In this document: in pieces, positions 36,202 to 48,889 of the stretch
How the letters are laid out: each line of letters begins with the position of its first letter
Position numbering within the stretch: position 1 is the first letter of the stretch
NCBI GenBank assembly: GCA_965644315.1
Contig: CBFFRQ010000023.1
Span: 1-58,771 of the forward strand
Direction: 5' to 3'
Length of the DNA: 58,771 nucleotides
Source of the DNA: Caecitellus pseudoparvulus
Lineage: Eukaryota; Protista; Bigyra: Bicosoecida
Notes under the pieces: generated by a model
The model's input: the letters and a program-made list of their open reading frames with translations, nothing else
The model's database searches: none
Told to the model about the DNA's origin: nothing
Made by a program: the position numbers and the translations under genes

Positions 36202-37742
36202 ATGGCAGTGTCCGTGCAGCCGACAGCCGGCACTGCGCAGGATGTGTGGCGGCGCATCGGCATTCTGGGCGGGGGGCAGCTGGGCCTCATGATTGCAGAG
36301 GCTGCGCGGCGGCTGAACGTGCACACAACGGTGCTGGACCCCAACCCTGCATGTCCAGCGTCCTTGGGTGAGTGGCGCCCCACCCCGCCACGGCCTGCCA
36401 CGCCCACCCGGCCAACACCTGCCGCCCGCTCCAGCTGCCGACGCGACTTTGGAGGGCAGTTTCCGGGACGCTGCCCGCATCCGAGACCTAGCCAAGGCGT
36501 GTGACGCGCTGACGGTGGAGATCGAGCACATTGACACCGGTGCCTATGGCGAGGCGGGCCGCGCCTGCGGCATTCCGACGGCGCCCTTGCCGGCCACCGT
36601 GGCTCTGATCCAAGACAAGTTCCTGCAAAAACAGCACTTTGCAGAGCAAGGCGTGCCGCAGGGGCCCTGTCGGTCCGTGGACAGTGCCAAAGAACTGGCG
36701 GTGGCTAGCCAGGTGCGTCAGCTGCGCCGTTCGCGCAGCCCGCGTAGCGGCGAACCAAGTGCCTTCACCTGCGCAGGAACTGGGCTACCCGCTCATGCTC
36801 AAGGCTCGCAAGGGCGCCTACGACGGGCGAGGCAATGCTGTGATAGACTCTGCTGCGTCTGCCGTCTCGGCAGTCGCCAGCCTACTGCCGCCGCCTGCAG
36901 CAGAGGCGTTTGCAGCGGGGCAGCCGGGTGGCGCGGGCTTGTTGTACGTGGAAGGGTGGGTGGCGTTCCAGCGAGAGTTGGCGGTGATGGTGGCGCGCAG
37001 TGCCACGGGGGAGTGTGCAGCATACCCTGTCGTAGAGACCGTGCACAAAGACAGCATCTGCCACGTCGTCATCGCACCTGCTCCCGTGTCTGACGAGGTA
37101 CACGCTGCGGCCACCGCTGCGGCGTTGGCTGCGGTGCAGTGCCTCAGCGGGGCCGGCGTGTTTGGCGTGGAGCTGTTCCACACAGACGCGGGGGCCGTCT
37201 TGCTGAACGAAGTGGCCCCCCGCCCGCACAATTCCGGGCACTACACCATTGAAGCCTGCGAGTGCGACCAGTTCGAGCAGCTCGTGCGGTGTGTACTGGG
37301 GCTACCCCTTGGCTCCACTGCGCTGCGTGTGCCGGCGGCCATCATGGTGAACGTCCTGGGCACGCCGGCGCAAGAAGACGACGACGATGCCGCTTTGCTG
37401 CCCAGTGCCGAGCTTGCCGGCGCTGCCGCCAACCCCCTGTGGAGTGACCCCGCAGCCAAGCAGGTGCTGCTGGCCAGCGGCGTTGCCGAGCCACGCGCAG
37501 TGCAGTCCACGTGGGCCATGTGCCAGCGAGCCTTGGGCGTGCCAGGTGCTGCCGTGCATTGGTATGGCAAGGCAGGCACGCGGCCGGGGCGCAAGGTGGG
37601 CCACATCACCGTCACTGCGCCGAGCCAAGCGGAGGCGTTTCTCCGCGCCGGGCGCGTGCTGGGGCAGGGCCTCGCATCTGAGCCTGCGTATGCCCGGTTC
37701 TTCCCCGCGCCCTCTGACGCGACGGGCAGTGCAGGGAAGTAG
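36202..37742 (+). CDS. purK: PurK-type ATP-grasp (N5-CAIR synthetase / ADE2 N-terminal domain), with no PurE domain
   Basis: IGILGGGQLG, TVEIEHI, IQDKFLQK, AYDGRGN, LNEVAPRPHNSGHYT, WYGKAGTRPGRKVGH; introns 36368-36434 and 36713-36776. Confidence 0.93.
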
Positions 37743-37772
37743 GTGGACCCCTCGCTCGTCTTTGCATTGCGC

Positions 37773-40104
37773 TCAGCCGAGCCTCAGCCCCGGCACGCTG
37801 GACGGCGTTTTTGAGGCGGGCTGGGCCGGCGCGGGTTCCTGCGTCAGAGGCCCGCCAGCCTCCATGCTGCCATCTGCACCCTGCGCCTCCCCCTCCTCCC
37901 CGCCATAGAAATTGTACACGACAATGCAGCAGTCCTCCCCCACGCTGACGATCTGCCGCTCGTCGGGGGCCCACGCCAGCCCCAGCACGCGGGCTGTGTG
38001 CCCTTCCAGCACCTTGCGGGAAATGACCTGCCCTCCAACAGGCGTCACGCCCTGCGTCGCCAACTCCGTGCTCAGCGGCATGAGCTCGTACACAGTGACG
38101 CTGGCGTCGTCCCCTGCTGTCGCCAGGAAACGCCCGGAGGGGGACACTGCCAGCGCATTCACCCGTGCTGCGTTGGGCGCGGGCAGCTCCTGCACGGGCG
38201 TTTCTGGCACGTCCACGTCCCAGCACAGCAGGCGGCCGTCTGCGCCGGCGGTGATGATTTCCTGCTCGCTGTCCCTGCGCTGCGAGATGGCTGTGAGGGC
38301 TGCCGCTGCCGTGGAGGGCAGCTGGTGGCACACCACCTGCCGCTCCGTGCGCAAATCGTACGCAAACACGCAGCGGTCCGCACCCACGCTGTGCAGAATG
38401 GCGGGGGACAGCACGTCAGGCAGCACCTGCAGCACGCCTTTCGTGTGGTCTGCGAACACTGCCACCAATTCGCGTTTGTCCCTGCTCCACACCGCCACGC
38501 GGCAGTCCTCGCCGCCGCTGATGACGGCGAGGGGCGTCAGTGCGAGGCTGGTAGCGGCACCACGGTGCGCTGGCACGTGCCACAGCAACTCCCCCGTTCC
38601 GCCAGTGAACGCGCGCAGCGCACCGTCCTCCCACGCAGACACAATGGACCCATCCAGTGTGTCATCCATGGCCACAGCCGTCACCGCCACGCCGCCGGGG
38701 CCGCGGGAGCTCTGCAGCACGCTGTAGTCGTTCAAATCCCACACGCGCACACGGCCGTCAGCTGACCCCGTCGCAAACACTTCACTTGAGGTCGTGCCGA
38801 AGGCCACACAGGTGACAGGCCCCGTGTGGGCGGCCTCCAACTCCAGGGGGGACAGCGTCACATCCCCAGTGGTCGGGTGACTCCCAACTGCAACCCTGTA
38901 CAGCCGCCCCGCCGCCGTGCCCACCAACAGCCACGACCCGTCTCCCGCCGCGCTGATGGATACGATGCAGCCTGCCAGGTCCACCCGCGCCTGCACAGTC
39001 CAGGAGAGGTCACCCCCCACCACCCGCACCAGGGCGCCCTCGCCCGTGCCGGCGTACACCGCCGCCGGACCCGATGCCAGCGCCGCCTGGGCGATGGCGG
39101 CATCCGCTGCGCTCTGCACAGCTGTGCCAGCGGGCAGGGTGGAGGTGGTGGATGCGGGGGGGGGTGGCACGACGCACAGGGCGTGCACACCCCCTGAGCC
39201 GATGGGGAACGACCCCCTGTACACGTTGGCGGCTGCGGAGAATACGGCCATTTCTCCGCTCTCGGTGCCCGCCAGCACGCTGCCGCTGGTGGGGTGGCGG
39301 TCGTAGGCGCCACACAGGTAAGCACGGTTGTAGCCCGTGCAGGGCATGCCTGCTGGCTCGGCGGAGAGTTTGTAACGCAGCACGCGCACGTCGTAGGTGA
39401 CGGCTGCCTCGTGCACGGAGCTGCCGAGCGAGAAAAAAAGCGTGTACTCCGGGCGGCGGTGGGGGATGGTGACGCCGCCCCAGGCCAGGAAGCCAATGGA
39501 CTTGCCGCACTTCTGCGAGTGCAGCTGCTCCCCCGTCTGCATGTCCCACATGAACAGGCTGTCGTCGGTGCCGGCGGCCACGAGGAAGCGATCGTCCGGC
39601 GCAAACGCCAGGTGCTTCACGCCGTCCCGGATGCCGAAGAGATTGTACACCTGCTTCTTACTGCCTGCATGCCATACGACGACGGGCGCCTCGCGGGTCT
39701 GCGCAGCGCGTGGCGGGCGGGCGGGCGGCGGCGTGAGCTGCAAGCTTCAGTTACGGCAGGGGAGAAACGCCCCGAAACTCCGCAGGGCACTGCGGCCGAC
39801 GCCCAGCACGCACCGCTGCTCGACGGGAGCCCACTTGTCCCGAGGCAATGAGTGTGCCCATGGGCGACAGCACGACGGAGCTGATTGACTCATCGTGCGC
39901 CCTCAGGAACTCCTGCTTGTGTGGGTCCGTCGTGTCCCCGATGGCAACATGGGCGCCTAAACTCGTCACGAACGTGTTGGCTTCCCCCGGGTGCACGTTC
40001 AGCGTGTGCGGGTGCAGCCCTGTGTACCCGATGACATGCTCGATCTCCAGGATGTCTGCGGGTGGCTCCTCGCCGCTGCCCACGATGCCCGGCACTGCCG
40101 CCAT
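37773..40104 (-). CDS. WD40 cilia/flagella protein, CFAP52 (WDR16)-like
   Basis: LEIEHVIGY, QEFLRAHD, IASGQ, FATGSADGRVRVW, VSVGEDCCI; intron near 39700-39790. Confidence 0.8.
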
Positions 40105-40487
40105 GTTGGTGAGCTGGGCTGCGCCACGAGCAGCGGCCTGCTCGGCACGCTGAGAGCGCGAAGGGGGGCGTCGCTGCAGCTCCTGGGCGCACCATGTGTG
40201 CACCGTGTTGTGCAGTGGGGTGGGATGTGCAGTGGGGCTGCGAATGCCCCTGCGGCGTCGATGCGCCCGCGAGGCGCCTGACCAGGCGATAGAGTGGCAA
40301 CTCAAACGCAACCACCCTAGCAAAACTCCTGCATGCTAGAACCCGGCTTCATTAGGTAATTGCTTCACCTCTGCTGCCGAGCATAACTGCATCGTGGTCC
40401 CGAGCGCGCCCTGTCTTGTCGTCGGAGGCGGCTGCCGGGTAGCAATTTCCGCAGGCAGCCGCGGCTACACATCCCGGGCACTGAGCA

Positions 40488-41568
40488 ATGGACGCTTCCC
40501 CGCGGCGGCCTTCTGCGGCTGGTGAAGATGGTGCAGCCCAAGATGGTGTGCCCACCGATGCCGGTGCGTCCTTTGCTCTGCCCTTGCTCCGACACACGCC
40601 CACCCAGTGCACGCCTGGCCCACACAGAGGCGGCCGCCGCCTGGGAGCAGCAGCTGGCGACTGACGAGCAGTACTACGCGAGTGAGGGGCTGCTGGAGGG
40701 CGGGACTCTGTTCGATGACGTGGCCGCCTTTGCTCCCAGAGGACCTGCCCTGGAGGGCGACTTGTTGTCGGGTTTCCACCACGGTCTAGAACGCGACACC
40801 AGCCTGCCAGGTTCAGGGGCAGACTTCTCCGAGAGCCTGCCCGGCATGCCAGGCGCAGGGGAGAGTGTGACTGCGACAGGAAAGGCGCTGGAAGCCGGCC
40901 AGCACGCGCTGCAGGCGCTCACTGCCGCCCTGGAGGCCATTGACGCTCACGAATTCCTACAGCCGCCAAACCCGGCCCAGCTCCAGGGCACCGACAGCCC
41001 GGCGGCACCAGCCAAGCCACGCCCACGGGCCACAGACCCTGCGAAAGGACCTTTGTCTGGAAGAGTCAAGGCGTGTGCACCGTCGGAGCTGGCAGGGCTG
41101 CCACCTGCGCCCGACGCTGCGCCTGGCAGCGGCGCCGAAACGCCGGCGCAGGAAACGACGCACCTGGACGACGACTTTCACGCCTCCATGGTGGCAGGCA
41201 GCGAGGGGGGCGGGGCAGAACCCACCCTTGCAGAAGCGTTTGCGGCAGATCTGCGCGCCATGCGCCCAGTGGAGGCGGATGGCGACGAATCTGAGCCGGG
41301 AGCTGGCGCGGCGGGGCAACGCAGCAAAGAAGGCATTGCCCTGGGCGAGCTGCCACCAGAAGCGCGCCGCACGCCAGGCATGGGACACGATGCACCAGGT
41401 GCATCCTGTGCCGTGACGCCGAGTCGGGAGGAGCTGGAGGCGCACGCTGCAGCCCTGCACTCGCTTGCAGCAGGGGTGCTTGGCAGTGAGGAAGCAGCTG
41501 CGGATTTCGTGCGCAGTGCACTGCACCCAGCCTCTGCCACGACACAGTCCGCTGCGAGTGACAAATGA
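40488..41568 (+). CDS. Hypothetical protein
   Basis: Long GC3-rich open frame (40522..41568); start uncertain, probably with a 5' intron. Confidence 0.55.
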
Positions 41569-41687
41569 AATTGCCTGTACCCATGCCGTGTGTGTGGGCG
41601 GCGTGCAAAGGACGCATTGGCAGTTTCCCAGCCTCGTCGCTTTCTGCAACTGCTCACACACGCGAGCAGGAGCGGAGCGGCGGCAGC

Positions 41688-44663
41688 ATGGCTGAGCCGC
41701 CCAGCGGCGAGGGTAGCCCGGGAAAAGGCCTCGCAGAGTTTGCCATTCACGATGGCTACTTTCAGCTGGGGTCCAAGCAGCTGGAGGCAGAGTACAACAA
41801 GGCCTACATCGTGGACGCCTGCACGCAGCTGTCAGACGCCGAGCCGCGCCTGCGTGCGTCCAACGCGCCCCCCAATGCGCCAGTGGTGCTGGTTGTGTCT
41901 GCGACAGACAGACATGCCTTTGACAAACACCGCTCGCACATGTTTGACTCGGCCAGCAACGCCCGCGCAGCCTGGCAGGCCGCCCTGGACGCGGTGAGCC
42001 AAGTGCACTGCAGGACAGGCAAACGATTTCCGCTGGACACAGACTGCCCCCGCCCTCCCCCTCGCTGCACAGTGGCGGCCCGGCACACCCGTGCCTCAAC
42101 GCATCGCGCAACTTGCCTCCTCTTCCCCCGTCCCTCCTGCGCTGCGGTCCCAGCTGTGGTCGCAGGCCCTGGGTGAGTGACCTGGCGCTGCCTCGAGCGT
42201 TGAAAGCGAGTTACTCCACTCGCCCCGCGCCTCGCCTGCCGCACAGGCAACCCCAGCCACATGACCTCCAAGGCCTATGAAGCCTGTCTGCAGCGCGCCG
42301 TCTTCTCCATGGACCTGGCCGGCCTCGTCAAGGCGGCCGCCGCTCCCCGTGACCGCCCCTCGCCACCCCCCCCCGCCGCGGCGGCCTCTCCCCCCCACGA
42401 CGACGACGACGTGGGGCTACTGACGCCCATCCGCATGCGGGGTGGCGTGGCGGAGGCCATGTCTCTGCCCTCCACACCCTCCTCCTTCTCGTCCACCCCC
42501 ACCCTGCCCTTCCTCAACCGCCTGAACCAGGCTGCCAGCGGGGCCCCCACAGTGCCTGCGGCAGGGGGGGTGGACGCCACCCCCGACAGGGGGGGTGAAG
42601 GGGGGTCCCGCCCCGCCCCCCCGGCTCTGCCTTCCTCCCCAGCGGGGCGCATGACTCAGGTGGCGGGAACCCCCCTCACGGGCGGCGCGAGGGGGGGTGC
42701 CTCGCCCCCCGGCTCCACCCCCCTCCTCGCCCGCATGGCTCGTATGGACACCGTGGTGGGCGGCTCCAGCCTCATGGCTAAGGCGGGCGGGCACCCCCTG
42801 CCGTATTTCGCTGGGGAAGCCACCGTGGAGTGCATCGGCCGCGACCTCAGCCGCACCTTCCCCCACCTGGCGTTCTTCGCAGGGGCCGACGCCGCCGAGC
42901 GACAGCAGCTCGCCAACATCCTCATGGCCTTCTGCTTCTTCCGACCTGACATCGGGTACACGCAGGGCATGTCCTACCTCACCGCAGTGCTGCTCCTGAC
43001 GCTGTCGCCGCCGGGACAGCAGGGGTCGGCGTTCCAGGCGGCACGTCGCAGGCGCCGACGCAAGGCCGGGCACGCCCTCGTGCAGGCCCGGCGGAGGGAG
43101 TACCTGGGCGAGGGGGGTGAGGGGGGGGGTACGCCCCCCCGCCCCACCACCTCGGGCGGCACCACGCCATCCCCCCGCACGACCCCCGCCCCCACCCCCC
43201 TCCTGCGGGGATGGGGGCGGCGGGGGAGGAGGGCGCAGGGGGTGGTGGGCCCACCCCCTCCGCCCCTCGCCCCATGCCCAGTCCCTTCGAGGGTGGGCCC
43301 ACCCCCTCTGCGTCCCCCTCCCCCCGCCGCGCCCCCATGCCCAGCGCCCTGCTCCGGTACGGAGGGGGGGGGGGCGTCTCCCCCCAAGGCACCTTGGCAC
43401 GACGCAGCACAGATCCAGCCCCTGTGGAGCCGGCCGCCACGCCGCCCCACGGCCTCCGCCCCCGCACAGGCAGTGCGGCGTCCCTCGTCTCCGTGGCCAT
43501 GTCGGAGGGGGGGGGGACCCCGGCCCGGGGAGGGGGGGGGTCCCACCCCTCCTTGGCTTCCCTCGGCTGGGAGGGGGTGCCGCCGGCCTGACCCCCCTCC
43601 TCCCTGCCAGTGGGCGCCTGGGCTGCCAACGCCCAAGGGGGTGCAGGGGGTCGCGCCGCTGGACCTGGGCCCACCCCCTGCCCCAGACGGAGGCCCCCCC
43701 GCCCCCCCCTGCCAGCCGTGTGCGCACCCCCATTCACCGAGTCCCCCATCTGGCCTCCGGCATGGCCAGTGGGCGTATTACGGCGGGAGGGGGGGGCGGA
43801 CCCCCCCCTCCCGCCGAACGTCAGCACAGCCCCACCCTGGAGGTGCTACTGCGGGGGGGCGAGCGCGCCCTGCCCGCAGGTGGCGCCACCCATGGGCGGG
43901 CGGGTGACTCCGCCTCCCCCCACGCCCCCTCCCCTCCCCCTCCTCCTCCAGCAGCCTGGCAGCCCTGGCCACAGGGGGGCATGCGTACCTGCGGGGGGGG
44001 GGCGGCGGCACCTCCCCCGCCTCCACCGCCAGCGCCACCTCCGCACCCCCCGAGGTGCAGGGGCGGGGGGTGCCCCAGGTCGGAGGGGGGGGCGGCGACA
44101 TCCCCCCCCTGCACCGCCCCTCCGCCGCCTCCTCCGCTGCCTCCGGCCCCGCGGGGGATGGCTGGACGCTGGAGTCCCGCGTCTTCCGGTGCTTCTCGGC
44201 ACTCGTGGCGTCGCCGCCCGTGCGGCACTTCTTCGCCCTGGACCTGGCCGTCATGGAGGCCTGGTTCGACGCCTTCTACTCCGCCCTGCGCCGGCACTCC
44301 CCCACCGCCGCCGACGCCCTGCCACGGGACGAACTGCCCCCCCACGCATACCTCACCAAGTGGCTCATGACGCTCTTTGCACAGCCGCTGGCGGGGCAGT
44401 TGGAGGTCGTGGTGGTGATCTGGGATCGCGTGTTGCTGCTGGGGCCCGTGGAGATACTCCGCTGCGCCGTCGCCCTCGCCACCACCCTGGCCCCCCTCCT
44501 CGCCCACCTGAACCCCGTCAACCAACAAGCCCTCCTCGCACGGGTGCCGGAAGGCCTCAAGCTGTACGAGGAGGCCTTCTTGCGACAGGTGCGGTCTGTG
44601 CGCCTCACGCCGGGCGAGGCGGCGGCGGCGGATGTGGGGGTGGCCCTGGAGCCCACGGCCTGA
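41688..44663 (+). CDS. TBC (RabGAP) protein, TBC1D12/14-like, with a possible PH-like N-terminus; frame broken in the G/C-homopolymer region
   Basis: IGRDLSRTFP and RPDIGYTQGMSYL (42830-42980); YLTKWLMTLF..IWDRVLL (44350-44440). The intervening region changes frame. Confidence 0.75.
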
Positions 44664-44710
44664 CGAGGCAGCAGCGGCAGAGGCATGCATTCACCAGCAC
44701 CACGGGCCCG

Positions 44711-45956
44711 TCACAGCAAGGCGGCCAGCTGCGCGCGTGTGGCGGTGTCTATGTGCGTGGGGAAGGTGATGTGGAACTTCAGGCGCAGGTCACCCTTGGT
44801 CCCCGGCGCCTTGCTCACCGGCATGCCCTCCCCTGGCACGCGCTTGGTGTAGCCGGGCGAGATGACCTCGTTGCAGGGCACGGAGAGCGTGCGGCCGTCC
44901 AGGGTGCGCACCTGCACGGTGTGGTCGCACAGGGCCTGCTTGAGCGTAATACGCGCCGTGTGCACCAGGTCGTTGCCGTCCCGCTCGAACCGGTCGTGCG
45001 GCTTTTCGCCGATGACAAAGACGATGTCAGCGGGGATGGTGCCGGGCGCCTCGTCGCCCTCCTTCTCGAATGTAATCTTCGTGCCCCGCTTCCACCCAGC
45101 CTTGATCGGCACATCCAGCACCTTCTCAGCCGTGCTCCCGTCGGCCAGGCGCCGCGTCACCTTCAGGTGCTTCGTCGTGCCAGTGTACAGGTCCTCCAGA
45201 GACACGGGCAGCTGCCGCCGGATGGGCGGCGCCTGCTGCGGCCCGCGAGACCGCTGCCCGCGCATGCCGGACATGGGCCCGCCCATGGAGCTGAAAACGG
45301 TGCGGAAGCCACCGCCGCCCAGACCGCCTGCGTCGTCGTCGAAACCCATGGAGCTGAACACGGCAAAGGGGTTGTCTGTACCAAAGAACTTCGCAAACAC
45401 CTCGTTTGGATCGTGGAAACCTGCGCCGCCACCAGAGGAGAAGCCTGCGAAGGGAAGCGGGCAGCGGGAACTGAAACGCTGGAACTTTCTTCACGAAACG
45501 CTGCCGGCCACAGGCACCCGCGCCTCCCCGCGCCGCGAAGAGCCTGCCAGGCACAAAGCAGCCCTGCACGTGGCGAGAACACAAGCCTGCACGCACCTCC
45601 ACCGCCAGAGCCACCTCCTCCAGCGCCCCCGGCCTTCAAGCCTTCCACGCCAAACTGATCGTACACTGCGCGCTTCTCCTTGTCGCTGAGCACTTCGTAC
45701 GCCTCGTTGATCTCCTTGAAGCGCTTCGCAGCCTCCTCCTTCTTGTCGGCATTCTTATCTGGGTGCCACTTCACCGCCAACTTGCGGTACCTGCGCAGGG
45801 TCGACGGAAAGCCAAGTGCTTCCAGCCGCGGCGAGGTGCAGCACATCGATGTTGGGCAGGTTCCGAGGAGAACATTCGGCCACAGCGCACGCACGCCTTC
45901 TTCAAGTCGCCATCCGACGCATCCCGATTCACACCCAACACCTTGTAGTAGTCCAT
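44711..45956 (-). CDS. DnaJ/Hsp40 class B chaperone
   Basis: [25 protein letters not shown] region, [27 protein letters not shown]; two introns. Confidence 0.95.
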
Positions 45957-46427
45957 GGCACACGTGCACAGTGCTCGTGAGCCTGCTCGAGCTCTGCTGT
46001 GCCTGTGTTTGTGCGGAAATTGACACCTGCACACAAGCTGCCAATGCCCTGAGTTTGACCTCGCGCCGATTCACTCCTCGACCCTCGCAATCTGTCTATC
46101 AAATGCTGCGTTGTAGTGGAAGACTGGGAATGTCATTAATATCGTTCGTTGGTAGCTTGGATTTGTCAACAGAACAGCATTGAGTTGCTGCTTCTGGAGT
46201 TTGCCGCCTGGACATCTCCAACCAGCATCACCACACGCACGAAGTCATCCGCCCTTGGGCCTGCAACTCGCACAGGCTGGGATGTGCTAGTCCATACTCA
46301 AACATAGCCGTGCCCGATCCTGCATTCCCTGCCGCACATGAGTTGGCAACAGTCGCACAACTGTCACGGGCCAGTGCCAAGCGACCTCACCAGCGATGAA
46401 AGTTGCTTGCTTGTAAGGGGAGAGGCA

Positions 46428-46700
46428 TCAAATCATGTGCTTCAGGTCATCAAACTTGATGGCACGCTGCCTGAATCTGTCGGGGATCCGGCGATGCCCC
46501 GTCAGAGCCAGCAACTCACGCACCACATCCTCATGGCCACCCAGACAAGCAACCTGGAAGCCAGCCTCCGGTTCGCCCTCGGGCCCGGCGTGGACATCCA
46601 CCTGCCGTGATCCGCTCAGAGCCAACAGCTCACGCACCACATCCACATGCCCATGCCGACAGGCAACCTGGAAAGCTTGCCCAGACTTGTCCCCAGACTC
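46428..46700 (-). pseudogene. Detached C-terminal ankyrin repeats and cap of the ankyrin gene family
   Basis: FQVACRHGHVDVVRELLALSG..RRIPDRFRQRAIKFDDLKHMI* matches the C-terminus of 54422..58414; the 3' flank 46301-46348 matches 54296-54343. Confidence 0.75.
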
Positions 46701-48889
46701 AGCATGTTTAGCTATCTACCATCAAGGTCGGAGGGTGTGGGAGGGGAAGTACCAGTGGTCACTCACGCAGCACCTCAACATGGTCTCCAAGAACGCCTAT
46801 GGCCACGCAATTGCATCCTCTACCTGCGTACATATGCAACATGATATTTGCACATGTTTTGCAGTGCGTGCAGTGCATATTCCAGGCGTAGGGCGCATTA
46901 ACCAGTCCGGAAATTGAAATCCACAACTTTGCGATCTCACGCACCAGGACACGCGCGCACCTTCCGGGGTGCCCCACACAAGGACCTGCAAAGGATACAT
47001 ACAATGCAATGGTGCGTGCGGGGCGGGGCGCGTGCGCTGCGTGGCAGGGCGTGCGCACACTTGTTTTCGGTGCAAAATTGTGCCCCTTCCACGCGCAAGT
47101 CCACAGGGCAGGGCTGTGCACCAACGGCAATGCGAACGCCACGCGCCTGGCCTGTGGACACAATACTGCATGCTCAGCCTACTGCCTGCTGCGCAGTGGC
47201 CAGTTCTGTGCCGTTGGCCTGTGCAGGTTTTGCTGCATAGGCGTGTTGGATGGGCGCCGTCCTCGGCAGGCCTGTTCCAAGCCACCTGCGCACCTTGGCG
47301 CACTGTCAAAGTGTTTCAGGGCATTGGTAGGGCACGTTGCAGTAGTTCCCGCCCAGGCAGGCGCAGCTTCGCTTGCCGTGGCTCAGGGAAGTGCCGCAGT
47401 GCTGAGCCTGGCGCTGGCGTAGTGCATTGCTGGCGTCTCGCTCAGCAGCTCCGTGCTTGTGTAAGCGGGAGAGCTCCAATGGCTTGTGCTACAGAGCCAT
47501 ATGCAAGTCAGTTGCCTGCCCCAGTGCCAAGGCGAAGGGATTTGTGGTGCAGGAAGTGCTGATCGGTCCAGGGCGAGGCCTTGCTTGACGGGCAGGGCAA
47601 GTGCCTGCTAGGCAGCGGTAGGCCGCCCACCTGGGGCTGCATGGTGGGCTGTAGAGTCGTGCATGTGCATGTACCTGGGCTGTATGCGTTGCAGATCGTG
47701 CAGTTGTCCGAGTTGCCGCCGCCGGTCTCGCCGCCGCGCGCGCGCTGCGCCAGCAGCAGCGCGCGGCGGCAGAGGTCGGCGGCAGTCCACTTTCTCCAGA
47801 ACGGCGGCCCAGGCGTCGTAGAACATGCATTGTGGTCCATGCTGGGCCTAGGCATGTGCAGAGGGTGTGCCTCGGCTGCTCATGCCGCCAGCAAGAGCAT
47901 CAGAGTGCCCGTGTCCGTGGCTGGCTGAAACCAACGGAGTCGGAACGAGCCACACCAAAGCCACGTGCAGCAGGTACAAACAGCTGCCTCGCCACACTGC
48001 TGCACCGTGCCATACCTGTACCCTCCTGCGTGCGCGGGCGCCTGCTGGCACCGCCGTCCTTGACCTCCACCGACTCTCCGACCCGGTCTTGCACCACATA
48101 CACACGGTCGTCGGGCTGAGCACTTGTGCCGTTGGTGCAGCATGGCACAGGACTGGGCTGCTATACCGTGTGCACAGGCACTGTTGCATGGGCCAGGCAG
48201 TGCACACGTGACAGAATGTCCGGGTGTGGGCCTGCCTACGGCGTGATGGGCGCAGCGGCTCTCCGGGCCATAGCCAAGCCAAAGTGCAGTGCATGGGCCC
48301 AGCATGATCGCTGCGGCGGTCCCAGGGCTCCATGCCTGCAGTTTGCAGTTTCCGTGCATGTCCGGTGTGCCATGTGGCGGTCGCAGCTGCTGAGGCCACA
48401 CGCGTAGGACTTGGCGCCTGTGGCCGCATCACTCGCACTGGGTGTCGCACCTTCCACAGCGCGCGACCAGGGCAGTGCCGAGGCAGGCGCGTCTCAGGCA
48501 AGACGTGCACGACGCTTCAGCACATGGGAAGGGCAGTGCATGTCGTGCAAGGGCCTGTGGTGGCCGAGGCACTGCGCGGAGGGCTGGTGTGGTGCTTGCA
48601 GTGGAAGGTTCCATTCATGTCCGCTGGCCTGGGCAGGCACATCAGCGATGTCCGTTGCCGCAGCGCCCAGTGCGGCACAGAGAGCGTGAATGCGAAGTCC
48701 CTGTGTGGAGCGCTGGCAATGCATTGCAGATGGGCGTCCACAGGTCGCCTTGGCTGGAAGTCCATGTGGGGCAGGTTGGCCGGTCGGAGGCCAAGGCCGT
48801 TGCCAGGGCAAAGTGCAGGGCATGGGGATGGTAGATAGCGTCTCGCATGCCGCAGGCATGGCCCGGAGGGCCAGAGTATTTTATTTACC

